From: Acidobacteriota bacterium
Lineage (GTDB): Bacteria > Acidobacteriota > UBA890 > WLXD01
Direction of reading: 5' to 3'
Assembly: GCA_963666215.2 (NCBI GenBank)
Contig: CAXWPL010000003.1
Coordinates: forward strand, 160,001 to 224,000
DNA: 64,000 nt
The translations under genes and the position numbers were made by a program. How positions within the stretch are numbered: the stretch's first letter is position 1; each line of letters starts with the position of its first letter. The notes under the pieces are model-generated. The model worked only from the letters and a program-made list of their open reading frames with translations, did not search any database and was not told the DNA's origin. Positions 55,055 to 64,000 of the stretch are shown here, in pieces.

Positions 55055-56785
55055 CTACCGGGCCCGCGGCCGGAAACTCCTCGTGGTCAGCGCCGCCAGC
55101 CAAGGGCTCAACAAGAGCCAGGCGACCCACAGCGAGCAGAGAATCGCGGCGACGTCTCCGAAGCGCACGTACAGAGTTCGATCAGAGCGCGGTGCGATCG
55201 TGCCGCTGACAATCGTCTGCTCTCCCAACTCGCTGCGCGACACGATTCGTCCCCAGGGATCGATGACGGCGGAAATCCCTGTATTAGCGGCTCGGACGAG
55301 GTAGCGCCGGGTCTCGATGGCACGCAGGCGGGCCATGGCGAAGTGCTGGTACGGCCCGCTGCTGGTGCCGTACCACGCGTCGTTCGTGATCGTCGCCAGA
55401 ACTTCGCCGCCGGTACGCACTCGTTGGCGCACGAGCGCGGGGAAGACGATCTCGTAGCAGATCGCCATGCCGATTCCGATGCCGCCGGCAGCCGCGATCC
55501 GGAGCGCGGGTTGGGCCGGCGCTCCGGGACGCATCTCCCCCACGGCCTGGACGAGCGGCCCCAGGTCGGGGAGCCAGCGGCGCAGCGGCAGGTACTCGCC
55601 GAACGGAACCAATCGCTCCTTCTCGTAGCGATCGCCGATGCGCCCCGCGCCCGCGACAACAGCCACCGTATCTTCAGGTGCGGAGTCGTCGGCCTCGATC
55701 ACCAGCGCGGCATTCGCCACGCCCGACACCTCTTCCTGGTCCCCGGCCTGTTGCGCCGGCTCCAACCGGGTGTGCACGTAGATCGTGCCCACAACCAGCG
55801 CTGTGTCGTACGTCGCCGCAATGTCGCCCAGCCGCGCCAGGGTGACCGGATCGCGATCCAGCCCGTAAGGATCTGGCCAGGAGCTCTCGGGCCAGACCAC
55901 CAGATCGGCACCGGCTGCGGCCGCCCTCTGGCTCATCTGTAGGTGGCGATCGACGAGCTCCTGGCGCGCGCCAGCGTCCCACTTGAGCTCTTGCGGCACG
56001 TTGCCCTGTACCAGTCCCACGTCGAGCGTGGCGGACGATCCGCCCGCGGCGAGTGAAGTCGTCAGTCGCTGCTGGTCGGTGTCTCCAGCCCACAGGAGCT
56101 CGATCGCGCCGTACGCCCCAAACAAACACACCGGGAGCCCGGCGACCACGATCGCCATAACAACGGCGGGACGGGCGCGGTCCCTGAACACGACCGCAAC
56201 CGCTGCGTTCACGACGACGATCAAGAAGGAAAGCAGATAAACGCCACCAATCGACGCCGCTTGAGCCAGCGCTGGCAACTCCGCTGCGGCGTAGCCGAGC
56301 AGGTTCCACGGGAAGCCGGTGAAGAGCGAGCTCTGTGCATACTCCAGCCCGACCCAGCAACAACCAACGGCGAGAGGCCACCACGGCGAGGGTGCGGCGA
56401 AGCGCGTCACCAACGCCGCAAACAGGCCCACGTAGGCCGCCAGGTACGCCACGAGCGCGGCCGCGGCGAGAAGAGCCACCGGCAGCGACAAGCCCCCGAA
56501 ACGAGTCATCGCCCCGACCACCCAGTACAGAGTGGCGGCACGATAGACAGCACCGAATGCCACGCCACGCCACCAGGCAGTGCGCGAATCAACCCCTTCT
56601 ACAGCCAGCAGGAGCGGCACGAGAGCGATCCACGCGAGCCCATGCACGCCCACTTTCGGAAAGGCGGCGGCAAGAGCCACGGCGCCCAAGAGCAACGCCG
56701 CCCAGGCGTACCGGGACGGAGGCGGCGAATGCAGCGTGGCCGATCCCCCCAACCCTGGATCGTCTCCCGCCCGTCGAAAGAGCAA
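55055..56785 (-). CDS. lnt: Apolipoprotein N-acyltransferase; start uncertain
   Basis: FTGFPW, VQGN, WPES, KERLVPFGEY, ICYE, TNDAWY, RAANTGIS. Confidence 0.95.
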   Translation of the reverse strand: MLFRRAGDDPGLGGSATLHSPPPSRYAWAALLLGAVALAAAFPKVGVHGLAWIALVPLLLAVEGVDSRTAWWRGVAFGAVYRAATLYWVVGAMTRFGGLSLPVALLAAAALVAYLAAYVGLFAALVTRFAAPSPWWPLAVGCCWVGLEYAQSSLFTGFPWNLLGYAAAELPALAQAASIGGVYLLSFLIVVVNAAVAVVFRDRARPAVVMAIVVAGLPVCLFGAYGAIELLWAGDTDQQRLTTSLAAGGSSATLDVGLVQGNVPQELKWDAGARQELVDRHLQMSQRAAAAGADLVVWPESSWPDPYGLDRDPVTLARLGDIAATYDTALVVGTIYVHTRLEPAQQAGDQEEVSGVANAALVIEADDSAPEDTVAVVAGAGRIGDRYEKERLVPFGEYLPLRRWLPDLGPLVQAVGEMRPGAPAQPALRIAAAGGIGIGMAICYEIVFPALVRQRVRTGGEVLATITNDAWYGTSSGPYQHFAMARLRAIETRRYLVRAANTGISAVIDPWGRIVSRSELGEQTIVSGTIAPRSDRTLYVRFGDVAAILCSLWVAWLLLSPWLAALTTRSFRPRAR

Positions 56786-56801
56786 CGCAGTGCGCGAGAG
56801 G

Positions 56802-57500
56802 CTAACTATCCGTTACCCAGGTCGAGTAGCGGCGAGCCTTCAGCGCCTCCTCGATGGCCGTCGCATCGGCCTTGGAGGGATAGCGACCCACCCGCACGCG
56901 GTAGGTCGCCCGACCGCTGACGGCGGCGGTGATCACGAAGGCGGGGAATCCCGCCTCGGCGAGGGCGGTTTGCAAGTCGTCGGCCTCCGAGCGCGTCGGT
57001 GTCGACTTCACCTGTACGACCCAGCCACGACCAGCGGGGATCTCGAGATCGGCTCGCGGTAACCCGGCCGGCAACTCAGCAACCGTCGGGCGGGCCTGCG
57101 TAGATCTGACGGGCGTGGAGGTCTGCGGCGGCGAGGAAACAGGCTCCGCCACAGCTTCGGCCGGCTCTCCGGCATCGGAGTCGGCGGTCGTGTCGGCGGC
57201 CGGTGCTTGCGGGCCCATCGGCTCTGAGGAGGCGCCGTCCGAGGAGTCGTCGATAGGATCCTTGACGCGCTCGAAGAACTCGAGGTCCGGATCGACGGCC
57301 GTGCCTTCCGGCATCGAGGCCGAGCCGAAGCTCTCCACCAACCCGCCGCTATCCAGCGGTGGTGGCGCCTGTCCACGTCCCACCATCACGCCCAGCATGA
57401 AAACGGACACGCCAAGCCCGACTGCGATCAGAAAGGCGACGATCAGGCTGCCGTTGCTGAGCTGGATCTCGTAGAAACTCTGTCCTGCGGAGTTCTTCAT
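56802..57500 (-). CDS. SPOR-domain membrane protein (FtsN/DedD-like)
   Basis: N-terminal TM, disordered linker, WVVQV...YRVRVGRY SPOR domain. Confidence 0.85.
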   Translation of the reverse strand: MKNSAGQSFYEIQLSNGSLIVAFLIAVGLGVSVFMLGVMVGRGQAPPPLDSGGLVESFGSASMPEGTAVDPDLEFFERVKDPIDDSSDGASSEPMGPQAPAADTTADSDAGEPAEAVAEPVSSPPQTSTPVRSTQARPTVAELPAGLPRADLEIPAGRGWVVQVKSTPTRSEADDLQTALAEAGFPAFVITAAVSGRATYRVRVGRYPSKADATAIEEALKARRYSTWVTDS

Positions 57501-57647
57501 AGTCCCACCCTTGCCCAGGCCGAAAGAACCGGTGTCTCGGTCGAACGAGCCCCCCAAGCCGTTCGCCCCGCGTCGACAACTTTAGCCCATCTGCGGCCGT
57601 TTCTCTTGCGACGGCGATTAATCCACGGCCCCCCGGCCCCTACCCCG

Positions 57648-58418
57648 TCAGCCCTCGTTCTTGTCTTCGCGACGCCCCAAGAAGCTCGAAATGAGATCCA
57701 TCGGCAGGGGAAAGACAATTGTCGAGCTGCGCTCGGAAGCCACCTCGGTGAGCGTTTGGAAGTAACGCAGCTGAACCGCCACCGGTTCGGCGGCGAGAAC
57801 GGTTGCCGCCGCGTGCAGCTGTTCGGCGGCTTGAGCCTCGCCCTGAGCGTGGATGATCTTGGCGCGCTTCTCCCGCTCCGCCTCGGCCTGCCGGGCGATG
57901 GCGCGCACCATGTCCTGAGGCAGGTCAACGTGCTTGACCTCGACCATCGAGACCTTGATGCCCCAGGGATCGGTGTGGGCGTCGAGAATCGATTGCAGGT
58001 CAGCGTTGAGTCGATCGCGCTCCGACAGCAAGGAATCGAGCTCGACCTGACCGAGGACGGCACGCATCGTGGTTTGAGCGAGCTGGCTGGTGGCGTAGGC
58101 GAAGTTCTCGATCTCGACGATCGCCTTCGTCGGATCCATCACTCGGAAATAGACAACAGCGTTCACCTTCACCGAGACGTTGTCTCGCGTAATGACATCC
58201 TGCGGTGGCACGTCGAGCACGACCGTGCGCATCGACACGCGCTCCATCTTGTCGATCGGCCACCACACGAAGATGATCCCGGGGCCCTTGGTTTCCGGCA
58301 GCAACCGCCCGAGGCGAAAGATGACGCCGCGCTCGTACTCCTTGAGGATGGTAACGACGCTGGCCAAGTAGAAGACCAGGATGAGAACGACCATGACGAA
58401 TGGCGATAGAGCCAGCAT
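57648..58418 (-). CDS. SPFH/slipin (stomatin-like) protein
   Basis: [34 protein letters not shown]. Confidence 0.93.
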   Translation of the reverse strand: MLALSPFVMVVLILVFYLASVVTILKEYERGVIFRLGRLLPETKGPGIIFVWWPIDKMERVSMRTVVLDVPPQDVITRDNVSVKVNAVVYFRVMDPTKAIVEIENFAYATSQLAQTTMRAVLGQVELDSLLSERDRLNADLQSILDAHTDPWGIKVSMVEVKHVDLPQDMVRAIARQAEAEREKRAKIIHAQGEAQAAEQLHAAATVLAAEPVAVQLRYFQTLTEVASERSSTIVFPLPMDLISSFLGRREDKNEG

Positions 58419-58488
58419 GTCGACTACTCCTGACGGTCAGTGGACGAACGGAAGTCGATTGGGCGACCTGGGAAGAGAGCTCTCTGTT

Positions 58489-59871
58489 TCAATCTGGCGT
58501 CGAGTCTTGTGACACGCGCACCTCGACCACCATGCCCTCGGAAACAGCCAGCACCTCCACAGTGTCGCCGGCTCGAACCGAAGAATCCGACCGCGCTCGC
58601 CAAAGCTCGCCGTGCACGAACACGCTGCCGCGCTCGCCGGGGCCGAACGCGGTGCGCGCTTCGCCGAGCTCGTGCACGAGGCCCGCAGTGCCCGTCCGCA
58701 CCTGCCCGCGGTGAGCGCCGACTACCAGCCACAGCAGAAATCCCGCCAGGCCAGCGACGACGATTGCGACAGGGAGAACGAACCCCAAGCCCAGCCGCAT
58801 CTCTGGAATGGGCCCGGGTACCAGCATCAACGATCCGAGCACGAACGACACCAGCCCAGCCACAGTCAGCAGTCCGTACGAAGTGACCTTGATCTCGATC
58901 ACGAAGAAAACCAGCGCCAGGAGAATCAACGCGAGGCCGGCAAAGCTGATCGGCAGGACCTGGAAGGCGAGCAGAGCCAGCACGAGGCTGATCGCCCCGA
59001 GCACACCCGGCAACACCGCCCCGGGGGTCGAGAGCTCGAAGTAGATGCCTCCGAGCCCGATCAGCATCAGCATGTAGGCCACCCGCGGGTTGGCCAGGAT
59101 CGCCAGGATGCGCTGTCGCAAGCTGAGCTCGAGCTCGATCCTCTCGGAGCTCGCGAGGTTCAGTGTCACTTCACCTTCGCGGCGCTGCAGCACCCAACCG
59201 TCAAGCGCCGAAAGGAGGTCCCCTATGTCGTCAACGACGAGATCCGCCAGGCCCGACTCGAGCGCCTCGCTGGCACGGAAGGAGCGCCCATCCGCAACAG
59301 CCTCGGCGGCGAGATCGGCCGGCCGGCCGTGCTGCTCGGCAAGGCTGCGCATGTATGCCTCAGCGTCCTGCATGAGCTTGTTGGCCATCGTCTCGTCAAC
59401 CGTGCCGCCGCCAATCGGCACCGGACTGGCGGCACCCATGTTCGTACCCGGTGCCATCGCTACGACGTCGGCAGCCATCGCCATGAAGAAGCCGGCCGAC
59501 GCGGCACGCGCACCAGAAGGTCCGACGAATAGACAAATCGGTACTCGACTGCCGAGCATCGCCTGGACGATCGTTCGCATCGAGCTGTCGAGGCCGCCCG
59601 GCGTGTTGAGCCGCAGAATCAGCAGCTCGGCGTTGCGGCGCTCGGCGTCGGCCACGGCGTCGACGATGAATTCGGCGCTAATCGGATGGATGACTTCGGC
59701 AAGCGTCGCCACGACGACCGCGCCCGCCCCCGCTCCGGATCCCTGAGCCTGGAGGCCGGCCGGAGCTACAAGCAGCACGAGCGCCACCGGCAGGCCGACC
59801 GGCACAAACACCCGCCCGAGGAGATGGAGAGGCGATCTTCCCGTTCCGGCACACGCGGCTGTAATGCTCAT
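58489..59871 (-). CDS. nfeD: NfeD family membrane-bound serine protease
   Basis: NTPGG, AASAG, GTNMGAASP, C-terminal OB fold VHGELW; adjacent to slipin gene. Confidence 0.9.
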   Translation of the reverse strand: MSITAACAGTGRSPLHLLGRVFVPVGLPVALVLLVAPAGLQAQGSGAGAGAVVVATLAEVIHPISAEFIVDAVADAERRNAELLILRLNTPGGLDSSMRTIVQAMLGSRVPICLFVGPSGARAASAGFFMAMAADVVAMAPGTNMGAASPVPIGGGTVDETMANKLMQDAEAYMRSLAEQHGRPADLAAEAVADGRSFRASEALESGLADLVVDDIGDLLSALDGWVLQRREGEVTLNLASSERIELELSLRQRILAILANPRVAYMLMLIGLGGIYFELSTPGAVLPGVLGAISLVLALLAFQVLPISFAGLALILLALVFFVIEIKVTSYGLLTVAGLVSFVLGSLMLVPGPIPEMRLGLGFVLPVAIVVAGLAGFLLWLVVGAHRGQVRTGTAGLVHELGEARTAFGPGERGSVFVHGELWRARSDSSVRAGDTVEVLAVSEGMVVEVRVSQDSTPD

Positions 59872-59929
59872 GCGCCCATTGTGCACCCCAGCGGCCGAGA
59901 ATTGTGTGCCGGTCGATGCTTGGGGCGGA

Positions 59930-61033
59930 TCAAGAAAGCGAATCAAACAACGCGACGCAATCCTCGTGGCGACTCTCGCCGCCCTCGCTCACGGCAAATG
60001 TTGCCGTGCGGCCGTTCACTTCGCCGTACATCGAGGCGCCAGCGTACTCACCTGCCTTGTTGAGGCAATAGAACCGCAGGTTGAAGTTCGGCTGACCGAG
60101 ACGTCGAACGAGGCGAGGCGCGACCGTCTTGTGGGCGACGCGCTCGAGAGCCGCGATCGCGGCGTCCTTCGGGTGGTAGCCCTGCCGCATCAACTCGACG
60201 ACCAGAAACGAGCAGCAGTCCACCAGGTTCGCCTCGCCGCGTCCAGTCGAGCCGCAGGCGCCAATGTCGTTGTCGACGTACAGACCGGCACCGATGATCG
60301 GCGAGTCGCCCACTCGTCCCGGGATCTTGAACGACAGACCGCTGGTGGTCGTGACGCCGGAGATGTTGCCATCGGCATCGACGATGTTGCAGTTGATCGT
60401 GCCGTAGTCACGCACGAAGGGCTCAAATCCGGCGCCCGCAACCTCGTGCTCCTGCTCGGGCGCCAACCAGTCGTCGGTGTCGGAGACGTTCTCTTTCCAG
60501 CGCAGCCAGATCTCGCGAGCGCGCTCGGTCAGTAGGTTCTCGGGCCCGTACCCATGGGCATTCGCGAAGCGCGACGCACCCTCGCCCACCAGCAATACAT
60601 GATCGGTCCTGTAGGCAACCAGCTGGGCGATGTTGGAGGGTGTCTTGACGCCTTCGATCGCCGCTACAGCTCCGGAGCGACGACTCGGACCGTGCATGCA
60701 GGAGGAATCGAGTTGCACGACCCCTTCCTCGTTGGGCAGGCCGCCGAAGCCGACGCTCGTGTCGTTGGGATCGCGCTCGACGATATTGACGCCGGCATTG
60801 ACCTGGTCGACCGCCAGCTTGACGGCCTCGAGACCGTTACTGCTGGAGACTGCGACAGGGCGAGCACCCTGCCTGCGGTTAGCGCGCGAGCCGTGTGATG
60901 GCAGCGATTCCCCTCGCCCGGCCGTGGTCGTCACCTCGCCGTTGGCGCCTGCTTCGGAGACCGCGCCGAGCGTCCCGAGGCCGGCGGCGAGTCCTGTTCT
61001 CACAACGTCGCGGCGATTCCAATCCCGTGCCAT
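59930..61033 (-). CDS. N4-(beta-N-acetylglucosaminyl)-L-asparaginase / Ntn-hydrolase with Tat signal
   Basis: RRDVV Tat-like leader, SVGFGGLPN, GTI nucleophile, GRVGDSPIIGAG, STGRGE. Confidence 0.88.
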   Translation of the reverse strand: MARDWNRRDVVRTGLAAGLGTLGAVSEAGANGEVTTTAGRGESLPSHGSRANRRQGARPVAVSSSNGLEAVKLAVDQVNAGVNIVERDPNDTSVGFGGLPNEEGVVQLDSSCMHGPSRRSGAVAAIEGVKTPSNIAQLVAYRTDHVLLVGEGASRFANAHGYGPENLLTERAREIWLRWKENVSDTDDWLAPEQEHEVAGAGFEPFVRDYGTINCNIVDADGNISGVTTTSGLSFKIPGRVGDSPIIGAGLYVDNDIGACGSTGRGEANLVDCCSFLVVELMRQGYHPKDAAIAALERVAHKTVAPRLVRRLGQPNFNLRFYCLNKAGEYAGASMYGEVNGRTATFAVSEGGESRHEDCVALFDSLS

Positions 61034-61098
61034 CGGCCATCTCCCGGTATCGCCCGGGCCACCCCGGACGTCATCCTCACCTCGCCTTCGAGCGGCGT

Positions 61099-61449
61099 TC
61101 AGTCGTCGTCTGTCGTTCGGCCATAGCGGTCCTCGATGCGAACCACGTCGTCGAGGTGCGGCGTGGAAACCTCGAACACATCGCAGGTCGTCAGCGCCCG
61201 CATGCGATGAACGGTGCCCGGCCGGATGTGCTTCGCCTGTCCCTCTTCGAGGATCAGGGTCCGCAAACCTTCGCCTTCATCAACCTGAAGCTCGAGCCGA
61301 CCCTGCTGGCAAAAGAGCGTCTCCTCCTTCACCTCGTGGTACTGCAGGCTGAGCTGCTCGCCCTCCTCAATGTGCAGAATCTTGCCGACGTAGGCGTCGG
61401 CCTCTGCCCAAATCAGCTCATGGCCCCAAGGCTTGTCTATTTTGCGCAT
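61099..61449 (-). CDS. Cupin-domain protein (mannose-6-phosphate isomerase-like)
   Basis: KPWGHE, LSLQYHEVKEET, EVSTPHLDDVVR; GAGGAG RBS. Confidence 0.88.
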   Translation of the reverse strand: MRKIDKPWGHELIWAEADAYVGKILHIEEGEQLSLQYHEVKEETLFCQQGRLELQVDEGEGLRTLILEEGQAKHIRPGTVHRMRALTTCDVFEVSTPHLDDVVRIEDRYGRTTDDD

Positions 61450-61573
61450 GCTCTCCTCGCGGATTCCCGGTCTTGGGCTGCCTATCCTACAGCCGTGAGC
61501 TCGACGACGCGTGTAGGCCCCGAGTCCGATGTCCGCTGGCCGAGATCGGCGCTTCGGGAAGTCGGCTGGCCGA

Positions 61574-63370
61574 CTAAGCATTCGATTCGCGAAGATCACT
61601 CCCGGCGACCACCAGGCCGTCGGGAAAATGTGCCATCAGCTCCGCGAGGGCAAATTCCTGGACCTCTCGGCCCGACGTCAGCAACATCGCCTGCTGCAAG
61701 ATCCGCTCTGCCTCGGACAAGGGCACGCTCCGGATAACGTTCTTGATGACAGGGATCGCTCGCGGAGCCATGCTCAGCTCTTCGAAGCGATAGCCCATGT
61801 ACACCATCGCCACGAGCGGGTCGGAGGCCGCTTCGCCGCACAGGCTCAGTGGAATCGACCGACGCGCGGCCGCGTCGACCACCTCCCGCAGCAGTCGCAA
61901 CACCGCCGGGTGCAGAGGCTCGTACAGATGGGCCACCGAGTCGTCGCGACGATCAACAGCGAGCAGGAACTGGATCAGGTCGTTGCTGCCGATCGACAAG
62001 AATTCGGCCTCGTCGGCCAATTGGTCGACAATCATCGCCGCGGCGGGGACCTCGATCATGGCACCCAGAGGTGTGCGCTCGGCAACCGCGTGTCCCTGCC
62101 CGCGCGCGGCCTCTCGCGCCTCGTCCATCATCGCGCGGACCTCGCGCAATTCTTCGACGCCGGTGACGAAAGGCAGCAGCACACGCAGCTCGCCGTGAGC
62201 ACCGGCACGGACCAGACCCCGCAGCTGCACCGCGAACGTCTCGCGATCGCGGAGCGAACGGCGGACCCCGCGGAGTCCGAGAAGACTACTGGCGTCGTGT
62301 AGCGTTGGATCTTCGGGAGCTTCTTTTTCGCCTCCGAAGTCAAGTGTGCGGACGGTCACCGGGTGGGGGCTCATCGCCTCGAGGAGCTCGCGATACTCGC
62401 TGTAGTAGTCCTCTTCGTCCGGCGCGGAGCCTGGCTGTTGTAGGTGTAGAAATTCCGATCGATACAGTCCGATACCGGTGGCGCCATGCTCGCGCGCCAC
62501 GTGCGCCTCCACGGGTGCCTCGATATTCGCGTACAACCGGACCGGGTGGCCGTCGGGGGTTCGCGCCGGCAGATGGCTGGTGCGCCGGAGCACCTCTTCT
62601 CGATCGGAGTGCGCAGCTTGCTTGTCTCGGTACTCAGCGAGAGTCGTCACCGATGGCCGCACAATGACGCGCCCCTCGTTGCCATCGATGACCACGCAGT
62701 CGCCGTCCTCGATCTGCTCGGCGGCGTCATGCAAGCCCACGACGGCCGGAATGTTGAGTGACCGCGCCATGATCGCGGTATGGCTCGTACGACTCCCGGA
62801 GTCGGTGGCGAAGCCCAGCACCCGTTCACGGTCCAACATGGCTGTATCGGAGGGCGCCAGGTCGGAAGCGATCAGCACCACCTCGATGGTCAGCGAGTCG
62901 AGGCGAAACGGCGCCTCGCCTGCCAGGCTGCGCAGAAGCCTATCGGTGAGGTCGTCGACGTCGTTGGATCGCTGCCTGATGTAGGAATCGGAGATCTGCC
63001 CGAAGCGCTCGGCGAGTCGCGCACCGGTTTCCTTGACGGCCCACTCGGCGTTGTGACCTTGATCACGGATGTGGGCGCGAATCGGATCGACAAAACTGCT
63101 GTCGTCGAGCATCAGCCGCTGCGCGTCGATGATCTGTGCGGCGCTGGCACCGAGCTCGCGGTCGGCCGTCTCCTCGATGCGAGCCAAATCCCCTCGTACG
63201 CGTCCCAAGGCCTCTTCGAGACGCTCCAGCTCGGAGGCGACGCGGCCGGGCTTGAGGTCCAAGCGCGGTACCGGGCTCAGCTGCCGCTCGAGCAAGAGAG
63301 CCGGGCCAATGGCGACACCGGGAGACACTCCGATCCCCTTCAGGATGACGGAGCCGGCGTCGGTTGACAC
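61574..63370 (-). CDS. ptsI: PTS enzyme I
   Basis: TSHTAIMARS, GIGLYRSEF, RTLDFGG, MIEVP, SIGSNDL, CGE. Confidence 0.95.
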   Translation of the reverse strand: MSTDAGSVILKGIGVSPGVAIGPALLLERQLSPVPRLDLKPGRVASELERLEEALGRVRGDLARIEETADRELGASAAQIIDAQRLMLDDSSFVDPIRAHIRDQGHNAEWAVKETGARLAERFGQISDSYIRQRSNDVDDLTDRLLRSLAGEAPFRLDSLTIEVVLIASDLAPSDTAMLDRERVLGFATDSGSRTSHTAIMARSLNIPAVVGLHDAAEQIEDGDCVVIDGNEGRVIVRPSVTTLAEYRDKQAAHSDREEVLRRTSHLPARTPDGHPVRLYANIEAPVEAHVAREHGATGIGLYRSEFLHLQQPGSAPDEEDYYSEYRELLEAMSPHPVTVRTLDFGGEKEAPEDPTLHDASSLLGLRGVRRSLRDRETFAVQLRGLVRAGAHGELRVLLPFVTGVEELREVRAMMDEAREAARGQGHAVAERTPLGAMIEVPAAAMIVDQLADEAEFLSIGSNDLIQFLLAVDRRDDSVAHLYEPLHPAVLRLLREVVDAAARRSIPLSLCGEAASDPLVAMVYMGYRFEELSMAPRAIPVIKNVIRSVPLSEAERILQQAMLLTSGREVQEFALAELMAHFPDGLVVAGSDLRESNA

Positions 63371-63374
63371 GGGC

Positions 63375-63641
63375 CTAGTCCTCACCGAAGCGGTCGGACA
63401 CGAGCGCGGCCACCGCCGCGGCGGCTGCCTCTTCATCCGAGCCGTCGGCCTCGAGAATCAGCTGACTGCCCCTCGGGGCGGCGAGCAGCAACACACCGAT
63501 GATGCTCTTGCCGTTGACCTTGATGGCGTCTTTGGCGATCGTGATCTCGCTGGCGAAACAGCTGGCGCACTTGACAAACTTGGCGGCGGCTCGCGCGTGT
63601 AGACCCAATTTGTTGAGAATGACGAGCTCTTTACGGATCAT
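63375..63641 (-). CDS. ptsH: Phosphocarrier HPr
   Basis: GLHARAA, VNGKSIIG. Confidence 0.95.
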   Translation of the reverse strand: MIRKELVILNKLGLHARAAAKFVKCASCFASEITIAKDAIKVNGKSIIGVLLLAAPRGSQLILEADGSDEEAAAAAVAALVSDRFGED

Positions 63642-63671
63642 CGAATCATCGGATTTTCGCTGGGCGCTGGG

Positions 63672-64000
63672 CTAGATCGGCTGCTGCGACGTGAGAATCT
63701 CGCTGGCGATGTACACGCTGCGTTGCCCACGCTCGCGAAGCTGCTGCGCCACCTCGAGAAGCGGCTGCTCGCTGTTCTGCAGGCTCGTCAGTTTTACGAG
63801 CATGGGCAAGTTGACCCCGGTAATGATTTCTACGCGGTCGGCTTCGAGGAACGTCAGGCTGACGTTGGTCGGCGTGCCACCGAACATGTCGGTGAAGATC
63901 AAAACCCGGCGGTCAGCGTTGACCTCGCCCATCGCCGCCTCGATCTGGCTGCGAGCGTCGGTCACCGGATCGTCCCAATCGATCGACACCGCACGAATGT
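63672..64000 (-). CDS. PTS EIIA mannose/fructose-type component; 5' end outside window
   Basis: TDMFGGTPTN, ITGVNLPML. Confidence 0.9.
   Translation of the reverse strand, partial: IRAVSIDWDDPVTDARSQIEAAMGEVNADRRVLIFTDMFGGTPTNVSLTFLEADRVEIITGVNLPMLVKLTSLQNSEQPLLEVAQQLRERGQRSVYIASEILTSQQPI

Overview
GC-rich (roughly two-thirds G+C by eye) bacterial chromosomal window. It is probably Acidobacteriota; this is an inference from an ADOP-type permease remnant and the hrcA/hspR/DnaC-like gene arrangement. Most of it is housekeeping: tsaC, thrS, thrABC, secA, guaB, tsaE-nnr/aroC, uvrA, comEC, tdk, tatC, mazG, PBP1A, prfB (programmed +1 frameshift), lnt, SPOR, SPFH/nfeD, asparaginase and PTS genes. 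Two heat-shock operons converge: dnaK-dnaJ-hspR-DnaC-like with a HAIR site, and hrcA-grpE-dnaJ-rsmE with a perfect CIRCE. The first ~24 kb is more accessory, with an M16 peptidase pair, hydroxyproline-type catabolic genes, an MBL-amidohydrolase fusion, several gene remnants and a patchwork of fragments (radical SAM, IS30, phage-like, methyltransferase). I found no rRNA, tRNA or CRISPR array. The best leads are: (1) a DnaC/DnaI-like loader inside the HspR-controlled dnaK operon plus a DnaD-like orphan 10 kb away; (2) comEC broken at CTT-TGA-C, the same heptamer prfB uses to frameshift; (3) a candidate structured RNA between thrS and tsaC; (4) a 17-bp bidirectional leaderless promoter between nnr and aroC. 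Several single-base lesions lie in homopolymers, so sequencing error must be excluded first. All product calls come from motif recognition, not database searches.
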